Assembly: GCA_051362555.1 (NCBI GenBank)
Contig: CM120648.1
Span: 3,220,587 to 3,284,586 of the forward strand
From: Lingula anatina
Taxonomy: Eukaryota > Animalia > Brachiopoda
DNA length: 64,000 nucleotides
Direction: 5' to 3'
Shown: in pieces, positions 61,885-64,000 of the stretch
How positions within the stretch are numbered: the first letter of the stretch is position 1
How the letters are laid out: the number at the start of each line of letters is the position of its first letter
Notes under the pieces: generated by a model
The model's database searches: none
The model's input: the letters and a program-made list of their open reading frames with translations, nothing else
Told to the model about the DNA's origin: nothing
Position numbers and translations under genes: made by a program

Positions 61885-62800
61885 CCTTTAATAGGTTTAT
61901 TGTAGTACTTTACAAAAGTCTTGCTTGAAGACCATCCAGCTGTTATCAAAATATCATCTACAGAAACTCTTGCTCTTTCTGCTGCCTACACTGCTGCAGC
62001 TCGAGTTAATGAGCCTTAAATGATTCCTCTACACCTGCTTGGTGCATCAATATCCGAATCCATTTCCAGGATATTGTATCGTTGAAAACAGATGAGTTAA
62101 GTTTTCTATAACTAGTAAACAAAAAATTATCTTGTCCATTTCTCAATGGCTTTGTCCTTTTAAATATTCCTTAACATATGTCAATGTACACAATCTCCTA
62201 TCTGGAGGGTACAGTTTAAATTGTATAGATATTGTTCAGTACCAATTCCTGGTCTTGTTTGTTTCAAAGTTTCTTTGGTTTTTAAACATAATCTTTGTGA
62301 AGTTCTAACTCTTGGAACTTCAGTTAATGCAACAATTTGTGCTCTCTGTGCTGATGTAAAAAACATAAGCATGATCAGCTTCATTGTTAGATCTTTCAGT
62401 AATAACTGCCTTGCTGGCGACAGTTTCCTCATGTAGTTCAAAACAAATGTTACATCCCACACTTGTTGATATCTGGATGCAGTAGGTCGAGTGTTAAAAA
62501 CTCCTTTTAAAACCTATGATATAATTATGACTCCCCACTGTTGGAGCACCAAAAGTAATAAATGTTGATAATGCACATCTAGCAGTGTTTATAGCACTGT
62601 AACTTAAGCCATCTTCACAGAGATGTACTAAAAAAAAAATCTAGCACTTTTGCTACAGTTGGTCTATAAGTTGACCTTCCTTCATTTGAAAACATTCCCC
62701 ATTTTTTAATATAGACTGATAATGGTTCTGAGAAGATTTCCTCCATGATTTGAATATGATTTCGATAGCTCTCTCTGAAAATCTATCTGACTTGAGAGTT
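61885..62800 (-). pseudogene. Tyrosine recombinase (DIRS YR) with frameshifts and stops
   Basis: LSYSAINTARCALS, KGVFNTRP...RYQQVWDV..VL, LTMKL.ML...SAQRAQ, FKAH(S)TRAA, ITAGWSSSKTFVKYYNKPI. Confidence 0.85.
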
Positions 62801-63028
62801 TTCTGATACTTTGCATGCCAACAGTTTCAAACGATTTCCCATTGAGTGTGTCACCCGTTTCTAGTGAGGAAGTGATAAGTAATACTGTTGTTGTTGGCGA
62901 TAACGGAATAAAGGATGTCTACTAACATATCCATTAACGGAGTGAATCATACTTGTGTCAACCAAAAAAGGTATCACAACTAAAAACATCTGCCTGATCT
63001 TCCCGAATCTTCTTGATTATCCTGGGAA

Positions 63029-63978
63029 TCAGACTCTACCGGTGCCACTTCTTGCACCTCTAAAGCTCTTAGGAAAATTTCTTCCTCTTTCTCTGGGAGT
63101 CCCAGAATATGATAGACCAGTGTTTTTAAACACTTGGTAATTCATTTTGTTGACATCAGACATGTCACGGATTCTTTTTACTAGTTCATCCCCAAAAAGC
63201 CTATTTGTATATGGGATGGAACTTGCACACAAATGCGAATATTGCTTATCAATGTGAGGTCTTAAAGCCTCTTTCCTTCTTGTGCAAAGTTCAAAGTTTG
63301 TGCAACCAAATGCTCGAAATGCATTCGTAGCATCATGGATTATTTCTTCAAAATGTTCTTCCTCTAAATTTTTAGTATCTGAATCCCATTTACTAATGAG
63401 TTTGTTCATTGCAACTGCCAAAGAGGAAACGCCCTTTATCAAACAATTTTGCACTCTCTGAACTTTAAATCTTGTGTTTTAGCATCATGACTAATGCTAG
63501 GCCATATTTCCTCATTTATGATAATTGGTTGCAAACCTTCACAGTTGGAAGGAGTTAAAATTTCCTCAAAAAATGCTTTAGCCTCTTCTTCCATAGGTTT
63601 AGACCTCATGAAAGCTGTAATATTACCAGCTAAGGTTGTGTTAATTTCAGGCCCTTTGGGCTCAGGTTTTTTAGCTGTTTCAGTCATTTTCTTCAAGACT
63701 TTCATTTTCTTTTCTGGAAGAAGTTCTTCCTCTATGTGTCTTTTACTTGTACTGGGCTTTTCATTATGGGCAGTGTCTGCCATCTCGACTACTTGGTCTG
63801 AATCCCGAGCCTCACTAAGTACTGACGTGTCGTCATAAATTTGCTCTTCATAATACTCTTGAGGATATTCATACCTTATTTCGTTTTTAAAATCCTCCAT
63901 TTGCTTTTGAAGATTATCTTGCATATTCTTCATTGTGCCAGCTATCAAGTCTAGTGCTGCACTAATTTTATGATCCAC
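63029..63978 (-). pseudogene. DIRS gag-like ORF1, frameshifted near 63450
   Basis: ORFs 63439-63978 and 63029-63454 are consecutive pieces: P.NC..L....IN.EIW......K..DLK, then Q....KG......RRKEALRP.I...Y..LC........LFG. Confidence 0.7.
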
Positions 63979-64000
63979 AGTCGTGGCATTATCGGCACTA

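Larger units (their letters stand above)
61195..64000 (-). mobile_element. DIRS-type tyrosine-recombinase retrotransposon, degenerate and internally deleted; continues past the window edge
   Basis: Minus-strand order: gag-like ORF, methyltransferase-like tail (LIPRIIKKIREDQAD), tyrosine recombinase, then terminal inverted and direct repeats. Confidence 0.85.

Overview
AT-rich, intron-containing animal DNA that looks like an invertebrate; the taxon cannot be fixed from sequence alone. From left to right the window holds four things. (1) The last four coding exons and 3' region of a DISP3/PTCHD2-like gene (+). (2) An intron-poor ACSF2-like acyl-CoA synthetase (-). (3) A direct tandem duplication of roughly 25-27 kb per unit (about 9.3-33.5 kb and 34.3-61.2 kb). 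Each unit carries a large multi-exon gene for an extracellular mosaic protein of about 1,890 and 2,010 aa by manual splicing, with all exons in frame. These proteins combine a signal peptide, four C-type lectin-like domains, a SUEL/rhamnose-binding lectin, two LamG/ConA-like domains, two WSC domains, a fibrinogen-N-like minidomain, an F5/8C discoidin domain and 7-9 Sushi/CCP modules. The paralogs share a constant C-terminal exon order but differ in their N-terminal exon cassettes and in predicted ligand-facing loops. No convincing terminal exon was found for either. (4) A deleted DIRS-type tyrosine-recombinase retrotransposon (-) at the right edge. Introns carry many paralog-specific MITEs and a Penelope-like fragment with inverted pLTRs, each containing a minimal hammerhead ribozyme motif. 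All gene models were spliced by eye from GT-AG sites and frame continuity; no database search was run.
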